Source: an uncultured Candidatus Rokubacteria bacterium
GTDB lineage: Bacteria > Methylomirabilota > Methylomirabilia > Rokubacteriales > CSP1-6
Assembly (NCBI GenBank): GCA_963758635.1
Contig: CAVWWD010000004.1
Location: forward strand, 256,001 to 320,000
Reading direction: 5' to 3'
DNA: 64,000 nt
Shown: in pieces, positions 55,046 through 64,000 of the stretch
Numbering within the stretch: the stretch's first letter is position 1
How the letters are laid out: every line of letters starts with the position of its first letter
The notes under the pieces: generated by a model
The model's input: only the letters and a program-made list of their open reading frames with translations
Database searches by the model: none
Told to the model about the DNA's origin: nothing
Made by a program: the position numbers and the translations under genes

Positions 55046-57253
55046 ATGCGAGATCAGGACCGGCGAGAGCGCCTGAGGCTGCGCACGCTGGTGGTGGCGA
55101 CCGTGGTCGCCATCGGCTTCCTCGGGCTCGTCGGCCGGCTCGCCTACGTGCAGGTGGTCAAGCACGAGACGTACCTCAGGATCGCCGACAGTCAGCACGC
55201 CAAGACGGTCCCGCTCCGGCCCAAGCGCGGGCCGATCCTCGACCGGAACGGCCAGGTCCTCGCCGTGTCGTCCGCCACCGAGTCGCTGTTCGTGCTCCCC
55301 GCCCGGATCGACGACGCCCGCCGCCTCGCCGGGCGGCTGGCGCCCATCCTCGACGAGCCGGCCGACGACCTCGGACGCCGCCTCGCCGCGGCCAAGCGGT
55401 TCACGTTCGTGAAGCGGAAGCTCTCGCCCGCCGCGGCGCAGGCGGTGCGGGACCTCGGGGAGCCCTCTCTCGGTTTCCTCGAGGAGAGCCTGCGCCTGTA
55501 TCCCAACCGGGAGCTGGCCGCGCACGTGGTGGGCTTCGAGGGGCTGGACGGGCAGGGGCTGGCGGGGGTGGAGCAGGCCTGGGACAAGCGGCTGGCCGGC
55601 CAGGAGGGCCGCGCGCTCGTGGAGCGCGACGCCCTTGGCCGAGAGGTGACGGCCGCGCCGATCGTGCTGAAGGCGCCGCGGCCGGGCAACGGCCTCGTGC
55701 TCACCATCGACGCCACGCTCCAGTACATCGCGGAGAAGGAGATCGACGCGGCGTGGCGCCGGACCCGATCGAAGGCGGCCATGGCCGTGGCCATGGACCC
55801 GCGCACCGGCGAGGTCCTCGCCATCGCGATCCGGCCCACGTTCAACCCGAACAGCTTCGCCGCCGCCACCGACGCCGAGCGGCGGAACCGCGCCGTCACC
55901 GATCCCTTCGAGCCGGGCTCGACGTTCAAGGTGATCCTCGCCGCCGCGGCGCTGGAGGAGGGCGTGGCGCGGCCCACCGACCGGATCTACGGCGAGATGG
56001 GGGCGATCAAGGTGGCCAACGCCACCATCCACGACTGGAAGCCGTGGGGCTGGCTCACCTTCGCCGAGGTGCTCGCCAACTCGTCGAACGTCGGCACGAT
56101 CAAGGTTGGCCTCTCGCTGGGCCGCGAGCGGTACTACAAGTACATCTCGGGCTTCGGCTTCGGCACCCCCACGGGCGTGGGCCTACCCGGGGAGAGCCGC
56201 GGGCAGCTCCGGCCGCCCGCCCGGTGGTCCGGGCTCTCGCTGGCCACGATGTCGATCGGCCAGGAGATCTCGGTGACCGCGCTCCAGATCGTCTCCGCGT
56301 TCGCGGCGGTGGCGAACGAGGGCCGCCTCATGCAGCCGCAGATCGTGCGCGCGGTCCTGGACAGCGAGGGACGCGAGGTGCAGGGCTTCGAGCCCCGGGT
56401 GATCCGCCAGGTCATCAGCCCCGAGACCTCGCGCACGCTCATGCGCATGATGACCGGCGTCGTCGCCGGCGGCACCGGCCACCGCGCGGCCATCGCCGGC
56501 TTCGACGTGGGCGGCAAGACGGGCACGGCGCAGAAGCTCGATCCCAACACGCGCCGGTACTCTCGGGCCCCGGGCGTGCTGTCCTTCGTGGGCGTCGTGC
56601 CCGCCGAGGATCCGCGCATCGCCATGCTCGTGATGCTGGACGAGCCCAAGAATGAGAAGTGGGGCAGCGAGGCGGCGGCGCCGATCTTCGCCGCCATCGG
56701 CGGCGAGGCGCTCCGCCACATGAACCTGATGCCGCGTGACAGCCGGCCCGTCCAGATCGTGCGTGGCTCTGCGAGTGGCCTGCGAGCCGAGCCGAAGGCG
56801 AGGCGAGCGTATATGGAAATGCAGTGGAAACGACCGCTAACCGGGACCGAGTGTCCGCGAACGCAGTGGAAACAACCGCCCCCCCCGACCCAGCGCCCGC
56901 CAAGGCCGGCCTCATCGAGGAGCCGTCCGCGCGTGATGCCGTCCCTGGCCCGGCTCTCCCTGCGCCAGGCCCTCGAGGTCCTGGCCCCGCTCGACGTCCC
57001 CGTGGAGGTCGTCGGCCGCGGGATCGTGGTGGCCCAGTCCCCGCCCGCCGGAGAGCCCCTGGGGGCCGGCGCGACCTGCCGTCTGACCCTGGCCTCGCCG
57101 GCCGGCCCCGCGCCGGCCAGCCCCGCGCCGGCCAGCCCCGGGCCCGCTGGCCCCGGCAAGACCGCGCCGGCCAAGACGGCCCCGGCGAAGGCCGCGCCGG
57201 CGCCCACGGCACACGCGAAGATGGCGGCGGTCGAATCCGTCGCAAGGCCATGA
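55046..57253 (+). CDS. ftsI: Penicillin-binding protein 3 with PASTA domain and low-complexity tail
   Basis: RGPILDRNG, FEPGSTFK (SxxK), SSN, GKTGTAQK; PASTA VMPSLARLSLRQA..QSPPAG. Confidence 0.92.
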   Translation: MRDQDRRERLRLRTLVVATVVAIGFLGLVGRLAYVQVVKHETYLRIADSQHAKTVPLRPKRGPILDRNGQVLAVSSATESLFVLPARIDDARRLAGRLAPILDEPADDLGRRLAAAKRFTFVKRKLSPAAAQAVRDLGEPSLGFLEESLRLYPNRELAAHVVGFEGLDGQGLAGVEQAWDKRLAGQEGRALVERDALGREVTAAPIVLKAPRPGNGLVLTIDATLQYIAEKEIDAAWRRTRSKAAMAVAMDPRTGEVLAIAIRPTFNPNSFAAATDAERRNRAVTDPFEPGSTFKVILAAAALEEGVARPTDRIYGEMGAIKVANATIHDWKPWGWLTFAEVLANSSNVGTIKVGLSLGRERYYKYISGFGFGTPTGVGLPGESRGQLRPPARWSGLSLATMSIGQEISVTALQIVSAFAAVANEGRLMQPQIVRAVLDSEGREVQGFEPRVIRQVISPETSRTLMRMMTGVVAGGTGHRAAIAGFDVGGKTGTAQKLDPNTRRYSRAPGVLSFVGVVPAEDPRIAMLVMLDEPKNEKWGSEAAAPIFAAIGGEALRHMNLMPRDSRPVQIVRGSASGLRAEPKARRAYMEMQWKRPLTGTECPRTQWKQPPPPTQRPPRPASSRSRPRVMPSLARLSLRQALEVLAPLDVPVEVVGRGIVVAQSPPAGEPLGAGATCRLTLASPAGPAPASPAPASPGPAGPGKTAPAKTAPAKAAPAPTAHAKMAAVESVARP
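56781..56821 (+). repeat. Family B copy 4, inside the ftsI linker
   Basis: TGCGAGCCGAGCCGAAGGCGAGGCGAGCGTATATGGAAATG (40/41 to the 14194-14234 copy), followed by GCAGTGGAAAC(G/A)ACCGC twice (56821, 56863). Confidence 0.85.
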
Positions 57254-58770
57254 CCGGCCATCCCATGCCCACCGCCCCCCTGATCGACGCGCTCCCGCAG
57301 AAGACGGTCCTCGGCCGGCTTCCCGACAGCGTGGGGGCCATCGCCTACGACTCGCGCAAGGTCGGCCCCGGGGCCCTCTTCGTGGCGGTCTCCGGCCTCA
57401 AGCAGGACGGCCGGCGTTACGTGCCCGAGGCAGTCTCGCGCGGGGCGGCCCTCGTCGTGGCCGAGGCGCCGGATCCGCTCGACGGCTCGAGCACGCCGCG
57501 GGTGATCGTGCCGTCCTGCCGGGAGGCCCTGGCCCGGCTAGCCGACGCCTTCCACGGCCACCCGTCGGGCGCGCTCGCCCTGGTCGGCGTCACGGGGACC
57601 AGCGGCAAGACGACCACCGCGTTCCTCGTCGAGGCGCTGCTGCGAGCATCCGGGCACATGACGGGCCTGATCGGCACCATCGAGTACCGGATCGGCGATC
57701 GCGTGGAGGCGGCGGGCCAGACCACGCCGGAGGCAGTGGAGCTCCAGGCGCTCCTCGCCCGGATGCGCGACGCGGGCGTGACGGGGGCGGTCATGGAGGT
57801 GTCCTCGCACGCCCTCGCCCTGTCGCGCGTGGACGGCACGGACTTCGACGTGGCGGTGTTCACGAACCTCAGCCAGGACCACCTGGATTTCCACGCCTCG
57901 ATGGAGGAGTACCGCCAGGCGAAGACGCGGCTCTTCTCGCTCCTCGCCGCGGGGCGGAAGCCGGGCCGGACCGCCGTCATCAACGTGGACGACCCCGCGG
58001 GCCCGACGATGGCCGCGGGGCTCGAGGTCGCGCGCCTCACGTTCGCGATGCGGTCCGCTGCCGACGTGCGCCCACGCCGCTTCACCTCCACGGGCGACGG
58101 CATCGATCTCGAGGCCGACACGCCAGCCGGCCGCGTCCTCCTCCGGTCGGCCCTGGTCGGTGAGCACAACGTGATGAATCTGCTCGGCGCCATCGGCGTC
58201 GGCGTCGCGCTCGGCATGGCCCCGGGCCGGATCGGCGAGGCAGTGGGCGCGGTGCCGGTCGTGCCCGGACGCTTCGAGCGGGTCGAGGCGGGCCAGCCCT
58301 TCCTGGTCGTGGTCGACTACGCGCACAAGCCGGACGCGCTCCAGCACGCGCTCGGCACCGCGCGCAAGCTCGTCACCGGCGACGGGCGGCTGGCCGTGGT
58401 CTTCGGGTGCGGGGGCGATCGCGACCGCGGCAAGCGCCCGCTCATGGGCGAGATCGCCGCGCGCCTGGCCGACCGCGTGTGGGTGACCTCGGACAACCCC
58501 CGCACGGAGCGGCCCGAGGCGATCATCGGCGAGATCCTGCCCGGCGTCGAGCGCGGCGGGGCGGGCGCGCGGCACGTGGCGATGGCCGACCGGCGCGCGG
58601 CCATCCGCGACGCCATCGGCTGGGCGCGCGCCGGTGACGTGCTGGTGATCGCCGGCAAGGGCCACGAGCCCTACCAGATCATCGGCGCGGAGGTGCTGCC
58701 CTTCGACGACCGGGAGATCGCCCGCGGCTTCCTCCACGCGGCGGGCCCGGGGCGGGAGGCACGGCCATAG
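57250..58770 (+). CDS. murE: UDP-MurNAc-dipeptide--meso-DAP ligase
   Basis: GVTGTSGKTT, MEVSSH, FTNLSQDHLDFH, VDYAHKPD, GCGGDRD, DNPR (DAP-specific), AGKGHE. Confidence 0.95.
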   Translation: MTGHPMPTAPLIDALPQKTVLGRLPDSVGAIAYDSRKVGPGALFVAVSGLKQDGRRYVPEAVSRGAALVVAEAPDPLDGSSTPRVIVPSCREALARLADAFHGHPSGALALVGVTGTSGKTTTAFLVEALLRASGHMTGLIGTIEYRIGDRVEAAGQTTPEAVELQALLARMRDAGVTGAVMEVSSHALALSRVDGTDFDVAVFTNLSQDHLDFHASMEEYRQAKTRLFSLLAAGRKPGRTAVINVDDPAGPTMAAGLEVARLTFAMRSAADVRPRRFTSTGDGIDLEADTPAGRVLLRSALVGEHNVMNLLGAIGVGVALGMAPGRIGEAVGAVPVVPGRFERVEAGQPFLVVVDYAHKPDALQHALGTARKLVTGDGRLAVVFGCGGDRDRGKRPLMGEIAARLADRVWVTSDNPRTERPEAIIGEILPGVERGGAGARHVAMADRRAAIRDAIGWARAGDVLVIAGKGHEPYQIIGAEVLPFDDREIARGFLHAAGPGREARP

Positions 58771-58778
58771 CCCGGCGC

Positions 58779-60164
58779 ATGCCCGTCTTCACCGTGGAGG
58801 AGATCGTGCGCGGCACCCAGGGCGCCCTCGTTTCGGGCGACCTCGGCGTGCGCGTCACCGGCATGTCGATCGACACGCGGAGCCTCGGCGTGGGTGAGGC
58901 GTTCTTCGCGATCCACGGCCACCACGGCGACGGCCACGCGTTCCTCCGCGAGGCCGCCGCGCGCGGCGCCGCCTGCGTCGTGGTCCACGCCGTGAGCGAC
59001 GACCTGCCGCCCGCGGTGCCCGTGGTGCTCGTGGACGACACCACGCGCGCGCTCGGCCGGCTCGCCGCCTGGCACCGGCAGCGCTTCACGCTGCCCGTGG
59101 TCGCCGTCACCGGCTCGAACGGCAAGACCACCACCAAGGAGATGATGGCCTCGGTGCTGGAGGCGCTCGGGCCGGTGCTCAAGCCGCCGGGCAGCTTCAA
59201 CAACCAGTGGGGGCTGCCGCTGACGCTCCTCGGCCTCGGCCCCGAGCACCGCGCGGTGGCCCTCGAGCTGGGGGCGAACCAGCCCGGGGAGATCGCCGCG
59301 CTCGCCGCGCTCTGCCGGCCCACCGTGGGCGTCGTCACGATGGTCGCGAGCGCCCACACCGCGTTCTTCGGCTCGCTGGACGGCGTGCAGGCGGAGAAGG
59401 GCGCGCTGGTGGCCGCGATCCCGCCCGAGGGCGCGGTGGTGCTGAACGCCGACGACCCGCGCGTCCTCGCCATGCGCGCCCGCGCGCGCGCCCGCGTGAT
59501 CACGGTGAGCGCGCGGGAAGACGCCGACGTGCGCGCGGTGGGCTCCCCGGTCGAGACGGCGGAGGGTCTCACCGTCACCTTCGAGGCCCGCGGCGCGCGG
59601 CGTACGGCGCTGCTCCGCTTCGCGGGGCGGCACAACGTGGGCAACGCGCTGGCCGCCGCCGGCGTGGGGCTCGCCCTCGGCCTGCCGCTGGCCGACCTCG
59701 TCCGCGGGCTCGAGGCGGCGCGCCCGGCCGCCGGGCGCTGCGTCTGGCTCCGCGCCGGCGGGCTCACGATCCTCGACGACAGCTACAACGCCAACCCCAC
59801 GTCGCTGCGCGCCGCGCTCGAGACGTTCGCGGCGGTGCGCGGGCGGCGCGTGGTCGTGCTCGCCGACATGCTCGAGCTGGGCGACATCGCGGACAGCGCG
59901 CACCGGGAGGCCGGCCGCGCCGTGGTGGCGTCCGGCGCCGCCGAGCTGATCGGCGTGGGCCCGCTCTCGCGCCTCGCCGTGGAGGCCGCGCGCGAGGCCG
60001 GGCTCGCCGAGTGCCATCACGCCGGAACGTTCGAGGACACCATGGCGCTCCTGCTGAAGCGCCTGATCCCGGGCGACGCCGTGCTCGTGAAGGGCTCGCG
60101 GGGCATGCGGATGGAGCGCGTCGTGGCCGCGCTGGTGGCCCGATTCGGAGGAGATGATGGCTGA
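58779..60164 (+). CDS. murF: UDP-MurNAc-tripeptide--D-Ala-D-Ala ligase
   Basis: AVTGSNGKTTTKE, SFNNQWGLPLTL, DDSYNANP, DMLELG, VKGSRGMRME. Confidence 0.95.
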   Translation: MPVFTVEEIVRGTQGALVSGDLGVRVTGMSIDTRSLGVGEAFFAIHGHHGDGHAFLREAAARGAACVVVHAVSDDLPPAVPVVLVDDTTRALGRLAAWHRQRFTLPVVAVTGSNGKTTTKEMMASVLEALGPVLKPPGSFNNQWGLPLTLLGLGPEHRAVALELGANQPGEIAALAALCRPTVGVVTMVASAHTAFFGSLDGVQAEKGALVAAIPPEGAVVLNADDPRVLAMRARARARVITVSAREDADVRAVGSPVETAEGLTVTFEARGARRTALLRFAGRHNVGNALAAAGVGLALGLPLADLVRGLEAARPAAGRCVWLRAGGLTILDDSYNANPTSLRAALETFAAVRGRRVVVLADMLELGDIADSAHREAGRAVVASGAAELIGVGPLSRLAVEAAREAGLAECHHAGTFEDTMALLLKRLIPGDAVLVKGSRGMRMERVVAALVARFGGDDG

Positions 60165-61243
60165 TGCTCTACCATCTCCTCGCTCCCCTCGGCCGCGAGT
60201 TCATCTTCTTCAACGTCTTCCGGTACATCACGTTCCGGACGGCGATGGCCACGGTGACCGCGCTCGTGATCTCGTTCGTGCTCGGCCCCTGGCTGATCCG
60301 GCGGCTGCGCCGGCTCCAGCACGGCGGCGACACCATCCGGGAGGACACGCCGGAGCGCCACCGGCTGAAGGCGGGCACGCCGACCTGCGGCGGGCTCATC
60401 ATCCTGGCCGCGCTGCTGGGATCGACGCTCCTCTGGGCGAACCTCACGAACCGCTACGTGTGGCTGGCGGTGGCGGCGACGGCCGGGCTCGGGCTCGTCG
60501 GGCTCATGGACGACCTCGCCAAGCTCCGCACGCGCAAGGGCATCTCGGCGCGCCGGAAGTTCGGGCTGCAGCTCGGGCTCGTGGGCGCGCTGTTCGCCGC
60601 GCTCTACGTGTGGCCACCCGACGGCTTCACGACCGGCCTGGCCATCCCCTTCTTCAAGGGCTGGCTGCTCACGCTGGGCGTGCTGTGGATCCCCTTCGCG
60701 ATCGTCGTGATCGTGGGCGCCTCGAACGCGGTCAACCTGACCGACGGGCTGGACGGGCTCGCCATCGGGCCGATCGTGATGGCGGGCGGGGCGTTCGCGA
60801 TCATCGCCTACCTCACGGGCAACTTCCGGGCCGCCGAGTACCTGAGGATCCTGAACGTCAAGGGCACGGGCGAGCTGACGATCTTCTGCGGGGCGCTGGT
60901 GGGCGCGGCGCTGGGCTTCCTCTGGTTCAACACCTACCCGGCGCAGGTCTTCATGGGCGACGTGGGCTCCCTCGCGCTGGGCGGGGCCATCGGGACGCTC
61001 GCCGTCCTCACCAAATCGGAGCTCCTGCTGCCCCTCATCGGCGGGATCTACGTGGTCGAGGCGGGCTCGGTCATCATCCAGGTGCTCTCGTTCAAGCTCA
61101 CCGGCCGGCGGGTGTTCCGGATGGCCCCGCTCCATCACCACTTCGAGCTGGCCGGCTGGGCCGAGCCGAAGATCATCGTCCGCTTCTGGATCCTGTCCTT
61201 CATGCTGGCGCTCCTCGCCCTCACGACGCTCAAGCTCCGGTGA
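60164..61243 (+). CDS. mraY: Phospho-MurNAc-pentapeptide transferase
   Basis: YITFR, KAGTPT, SNAVNLTDGLDGL, FMGDVGSLALG, MAPLHHHFE. Confidence 0.97.
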   Translation: MLYHLLAPLGREFIFFNVFRYITFRTAMATVTALVISFVLGPWLIRRLRRLQHGGDTIREDTPERHRLKAGTPTCGGLIILAALLGSTLLWANLTNRYVWLAVAATAGLGLVGLMDDLAKLRTRKGISARRKFGLQLGLVGALFAALYVWPPDGFTTGLAIPFFKGWLLTLGVLWIPFAIVVIVGASNAVNLTDGLDGLAIGPIVMAGGAFAIIAYLTGNFRAAEYLRILNVKGTGELTIFCGALVGAALGFLWFNTYPAQVFMGDVGSLALGGAIGTLAVLTKSELLLPLIGGIYVVEAGSVIIQVLSFKLTGRRVFRMAPLHHHFELAGWAEPKIIVRFWILSFMLALLALTTLKLR

Positions 61244-61249
61244 ACGCCT

Positions 61250-62686
61250 GTGAACGCAGTGGGGACGGACGGCGCGATGGCCGCGCTGGCCGAGCGCGGT
61301 GAGCCGTTCCGCCGGTGGCTCGAGGGACGGACGGTGTCCGTCGTCGGCCTCGCGAGGAGCGGCGTGGCCGCGGCGCGCCTGGCCCGGCGGCTCGGCGCGC
61401 GCGTCCTCGCCTCGGACGCTGCGCCCGCCGACCGTCTGCCCGCGGAGGCGCGCGCGCTCGAGGCGGCGGGCGTCGGCCTGTGGGCGGGCGGCCATCCCGC
61501 CCCGGCCTTCGCGGGCGCGGAGCTGGTCGTCGTGAGCCCGGGCGTGCCATGGGAGGCGGCGCCGCTCGAGGCCGCGCGGGCCGCCGGCGTGCCCGTGATC
61601 GGCGAGCTCGAGCTGGCGTGGCTGGTCATGGAGGGTGACGTCATCGCGATCACGGGCACGAATGGCAAGACCACGACGACCGCGCTCACCGGCGACATCC
61701 TGCGCGGGCAGCCGCGGCCCGTGCTCGTGGGCGGCAACATCGGCACGCCGCTGTCGCGCCTGGCCCTCGATGCGCCCGCCCACGGCCTCGTGGTCGCCGA
61801 GGCGTCGAGCTTTCAGCTCGAGGCGACGGCGCGCTTCCGGCCGTGGGTCGCCGCGGTGCTGAACCTCGCCCCCGACCACCTGGACCGGCACGGCTCGGTC
61901 GAGCGCTACGTGGAAGCCAAGGCGCGGATCTTCGCGAACCAGCGCCCCGGCGACCACGCCGTGCTGAACGCGGACGACCCGGCGACGGCGGCGCTGGCCG
62001 CCCGCACGCGCGCGCGCGTGGCGTGGTTCAGCCGTCTCCGGCCGGTGGCGCGCGGCGCGTTCGTCCGCGACGGCTGGGTGGTGGCGCGGCGGGACGGCGG
62101 CGACGAGCCGGTGTGCCCGCTCACCGAGATCCCGCTCCGCGGCGAGCACAACGTGGAGAACGTGCTCGCGGCCACCGCGTGCGCGCTGTGGACGGGCATG
62201 GCGCCCGCGGCCATCCGCGCGGCCATCGTGGCCTTCGGCGGCGTCGCGCACCGCATCGAGCGCGTGCGCGAGGCGGCGGGCGTCGTCTACTACAACGACT
62301 CCAAGGGCACCAACGTCGCCTCCACGGTGAAGGCGCTCGAGAGCTTCGCCGAGCCCGTGATCCTGATCGCCGGCGGCAAGGGCAAGGGCCAGGACTTCAC
62401 GCCGCTCGGCGACGCCGCGCGCGGCCGCGTGCGCCACGCCGTGCTGATCGGGGTGGACCGCGGGCAGATCCGGCCCGCGCTCCGCGCCGCGGGGGCCACC
62501 GTGGAGGACGCGGACTCCATGGAGGGCGCGGTGCGCGCGGCCGCCGCCGCGGCCCGGCCCGGCGAGGTCGTGCTCCTCTCGCCGGCCTGCGCGTCGTTCG
62601 ACATGTTCGACCACTTCGAGCACCGGGGCGACGTGTTCAAGGCCGTCGTCAACGCGCTCGTGCCCGCCGCGGGCGGAGGCCGCTGA
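61250..62686 (+). CDS. murD: UDP-MurNAc-L-Ala--D-Glu ligase
   Basis: GLARSG, VSPGVP, ITGTNGKTTT, GGNIG, EASSFQL, DHLDRH, YNDSKGTN, LSPACASFDMF. Start uncertain. Confidence 0.95.
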   Translation: MNAVGTDGAMAALAERGEPFRRWLEGRTVSVVGLARSGVAAARLARRLGARVLASDAAPADRLPAEARALEAAGVGLWAGGHPAPAFAGAELVVVSPGVPWEAAPLEAARAAGVPVIGELELAWLVMEGDVIAITGTNGKTTTTALTGDILRGQPRPVLVGGNIGTPLSRLALDAPAHGLVVAEASSFQLEATARFRPWVAAVLNLAPDHLDRHGSVERYVEAKARIFANQRPGDHAVLNADDPATAALAARTRARVAWFSRLRPVARGAFVRDGWVVARRDGGDEPVCPLTEIPLRGEHNVENVLAATACALWTGMAPAAIRAAIVAFGGVAHRIERVREAAGVVYYNDSKGTNVASTVKALESFAEPVILIAGGKGKGQDFTPLGDAARGRVRHAVLIGVDRGQIRPALRAAGATVEDADSMEGAVRAAAAAARPGEVVLLSPACASFDMFDHFEHRGDVFKAVVNALVPAAGGGR

Positions 62687-63786
62687 TGCCGCGCAAGCTC
62701 GCCCCCGACCTCTGGCTCTTCGGGCTGGTCCTGGCCCTCGTGTCGGTGGGCGTGGTGATGGTGTACTCGGCCAGCGCGATCATCGCCGCCGACCGGTTCG
62801 GCGACCCGCTGTTCTTCCTCAAGAAGCAGCTCTTCTGGGCGTTCCTCGGGATGGCCACGCTCTGGGCGGTCATGCGCGTGGACTACCGGCGGCTCGAGAA
62901 GCTGGTGGTGCCGCTCCTGGTGCTGTCCTTCGTGCTCCTGGTGCTCGTCCTCGTGCCGCCGTTCGGCCAGGCCATCAACGGGACCCGCCGCTGGTTCCGG
63001 GCCGGGCCGCTGTCCTTCCAGCCCGTGGAGCTGGCCAAGCTCGCCCTCGTCCTCTACCTCGCGGCGTTCCTGGCCCGGCGGCAGGAGCTGGTGCGGAGCT
63101 TCTCACAGGGGCTCTTGCCGCTCCTCGTGGTGGCCGGACTCATGGCCGGGCTCACCGTGCTCCAGCCCGACCTCGGCAACAGCATCGCGCTGGTGATGCT
63201 CACGCTCGGGCTCGCCTACCTCGCGGGGGCGCGGGTGTCGCACATGCTCGCCATCGCCGTGTGCGCGCTCCCCGTGGTCGCGGCCCTCATCGCGTGGAAG
63301 CCGTACCGCTGGCGCCGGATGCTCGCGTTCGTCAACCCGTGGGACGACCCGCAGGGCAGCGGCTTCCAGATCATCCAGTCGTTCCTCGCGCTCGGCAGCG
63401 GCGGCTGGCTCGGGCGCGGGCTCGGCGAGTCGAAGCAGAAGCTCTTCTACCTGCCCGAGCCGTACACCGACTTCGTGTTCGCCATCATCGGCGAGGAGCT
63501 GGGCTGGGTCGGCGCGACGGTCGTCATCGCGCTGTTCGCGCTCCTCGTGTGGCGCGGCCTCCGCGTGGGGCTGCGCGCGCCCGATCCGTTCGGCAGCTAC
63601 CTCGCGCTCGGCCTCACGCTCATGCTCGCCACCCAGACGCTGGTCAACCTGGGCGTGGTCATGGGCGCGCTCCCGACCAAGGGGCTGCCGTTGCCGTTCA
63701 TCTCGTTCGGGGGGTCGGCGCTGGTGACGACGATGCTCGCCGCCGGCGTGCTCCTGAACATCTCGCAGCACACCAGCACGGCCTGA
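62686..63786 (+). CDS. ftsW: SEDS peptidoglycan polymerase FtsW
   Basis: [56 protein letters not shown]. Confidence 0.95.
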   Translation: MPRKLAPDLWLFGLVLALVSVGVVMVYSASAIIAADRFGDPLFFLKKQLFWAFLGMATLWAVMRVDYRRLEKLVVPLLVLSFVLLVLVLVPPFGQAINGTRRWFRAGPLSFQPVELAKLALVLYLAAFLARRQELVRSFSQGLLPLLVVAGLMAGLTVLQPDLGNSIALVMLTLGLAYLAGARVSHMLAIAVCALPVVAALIAWKPYRWRRMLAFVNPWDDPQGSGFQIIQSFLALGSGGWLGRGLGESKQKLFYLPEPYTDFVFAIIGEELGWVGATVVIALFALLVWRGLRVGLRAPDPFGSYLALGLTLMLATQTLVNLGVVMGALPTKGLPLPFISFGGSALVTTMLAAGVLLNISQHTSTA

Positions 63787-63811
63787 CCGGAGACGGAGGA
63801 CGACGCGGCTC

Positions 63812-64000
63812 ATGTACAAGCGTTACCAGCAGATCCACTTCGTGGGCGTCGGCGGCGTGGGGATGAGCGGCATCGCCGAGGTGCTGCTGAACCTCGGCTA
63901 CCGCATCACCGGCTCCGACGTGCGGCGCAACGACTCCATCGAGCGCCTCGAGCGGCTGGGCGCCAAGGTCGCGATCGGGCACGAGCCCGCCAACGTGGAG
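63812..64000 (+). CDS. murC: UDP-MurNAc--L-Ala ligase (partial, runs off the right edge)
   Basis: [43 protein letters not shown] upstream. Confidence 0.9.
   Translation, partial: MYKRYQQIHFVGVGGVGMSGIAEVLLNLGYRITGSDVRRNDSIERLERLGAKVAIGHEPANVE

Noticed and set aside
60368..60395. MraY motif reads TPTCGG instead of the usual TPTMGG
   Set aside because: A single substitution in an otherwise canonical protein; no basis for a functional claim.

Overview
Very GC-rich bacterial chromosome segment. The gene style suggests Candidatus Rokubacteria/Methylomirabilota, but that is inference only. Many genes carry single-base indels, as expected from a long-read assembly. Left arm (1-20.2 kb): housekeeping and metabolic genes (two aldo/keto reductases, a TPR protein, methyltransferase, HAD, pepE, TerC, two LLM oxidoreductases, ATP-grasp, HerA/DUF87-like ATPase, SDR, RluA-like, YbbP/YbbA-type ABC transporter). 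Middle (20.0-39.6 kb): an accessory block sitting inside a decayed tandem duplicate of the 39.6-43.95 kb unit. It carries (i) a histidine kinase, a sigma54 activator and a receiver-adenylate cyclase, divergent from USP/CBS genes, with matching paired enhancer palindromes; and (ii) two paralogous winged-helix/NTPase regulators sharing an operator, divergent from cytochrome P460, a DipZ-like redoxin, epoxide hydrolase, cupin and SDR. Right arm: DUF6883/DUF4926 pair, beta-propeller-cupredoxin with ECF sigma/anti-sigma, tesA, indolepyruvate ferredoxin oxidoreductase, adenine deaminase, amidase, an orphan prepilin, and the dcw cluster (mraZ to murC, with no murG between ftsW and murC). Two unannotated dispersed small repeat families occur four times each. 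Family A (~74 bp) is flanked by short direct repeats that include a stop codon. Family B (~41 bp) is a covarying tandem-G.A hairpin, and one copy lies inside ftsI. I recognised no rRNA, tRNA, CRISPR array, integrase or transposase.
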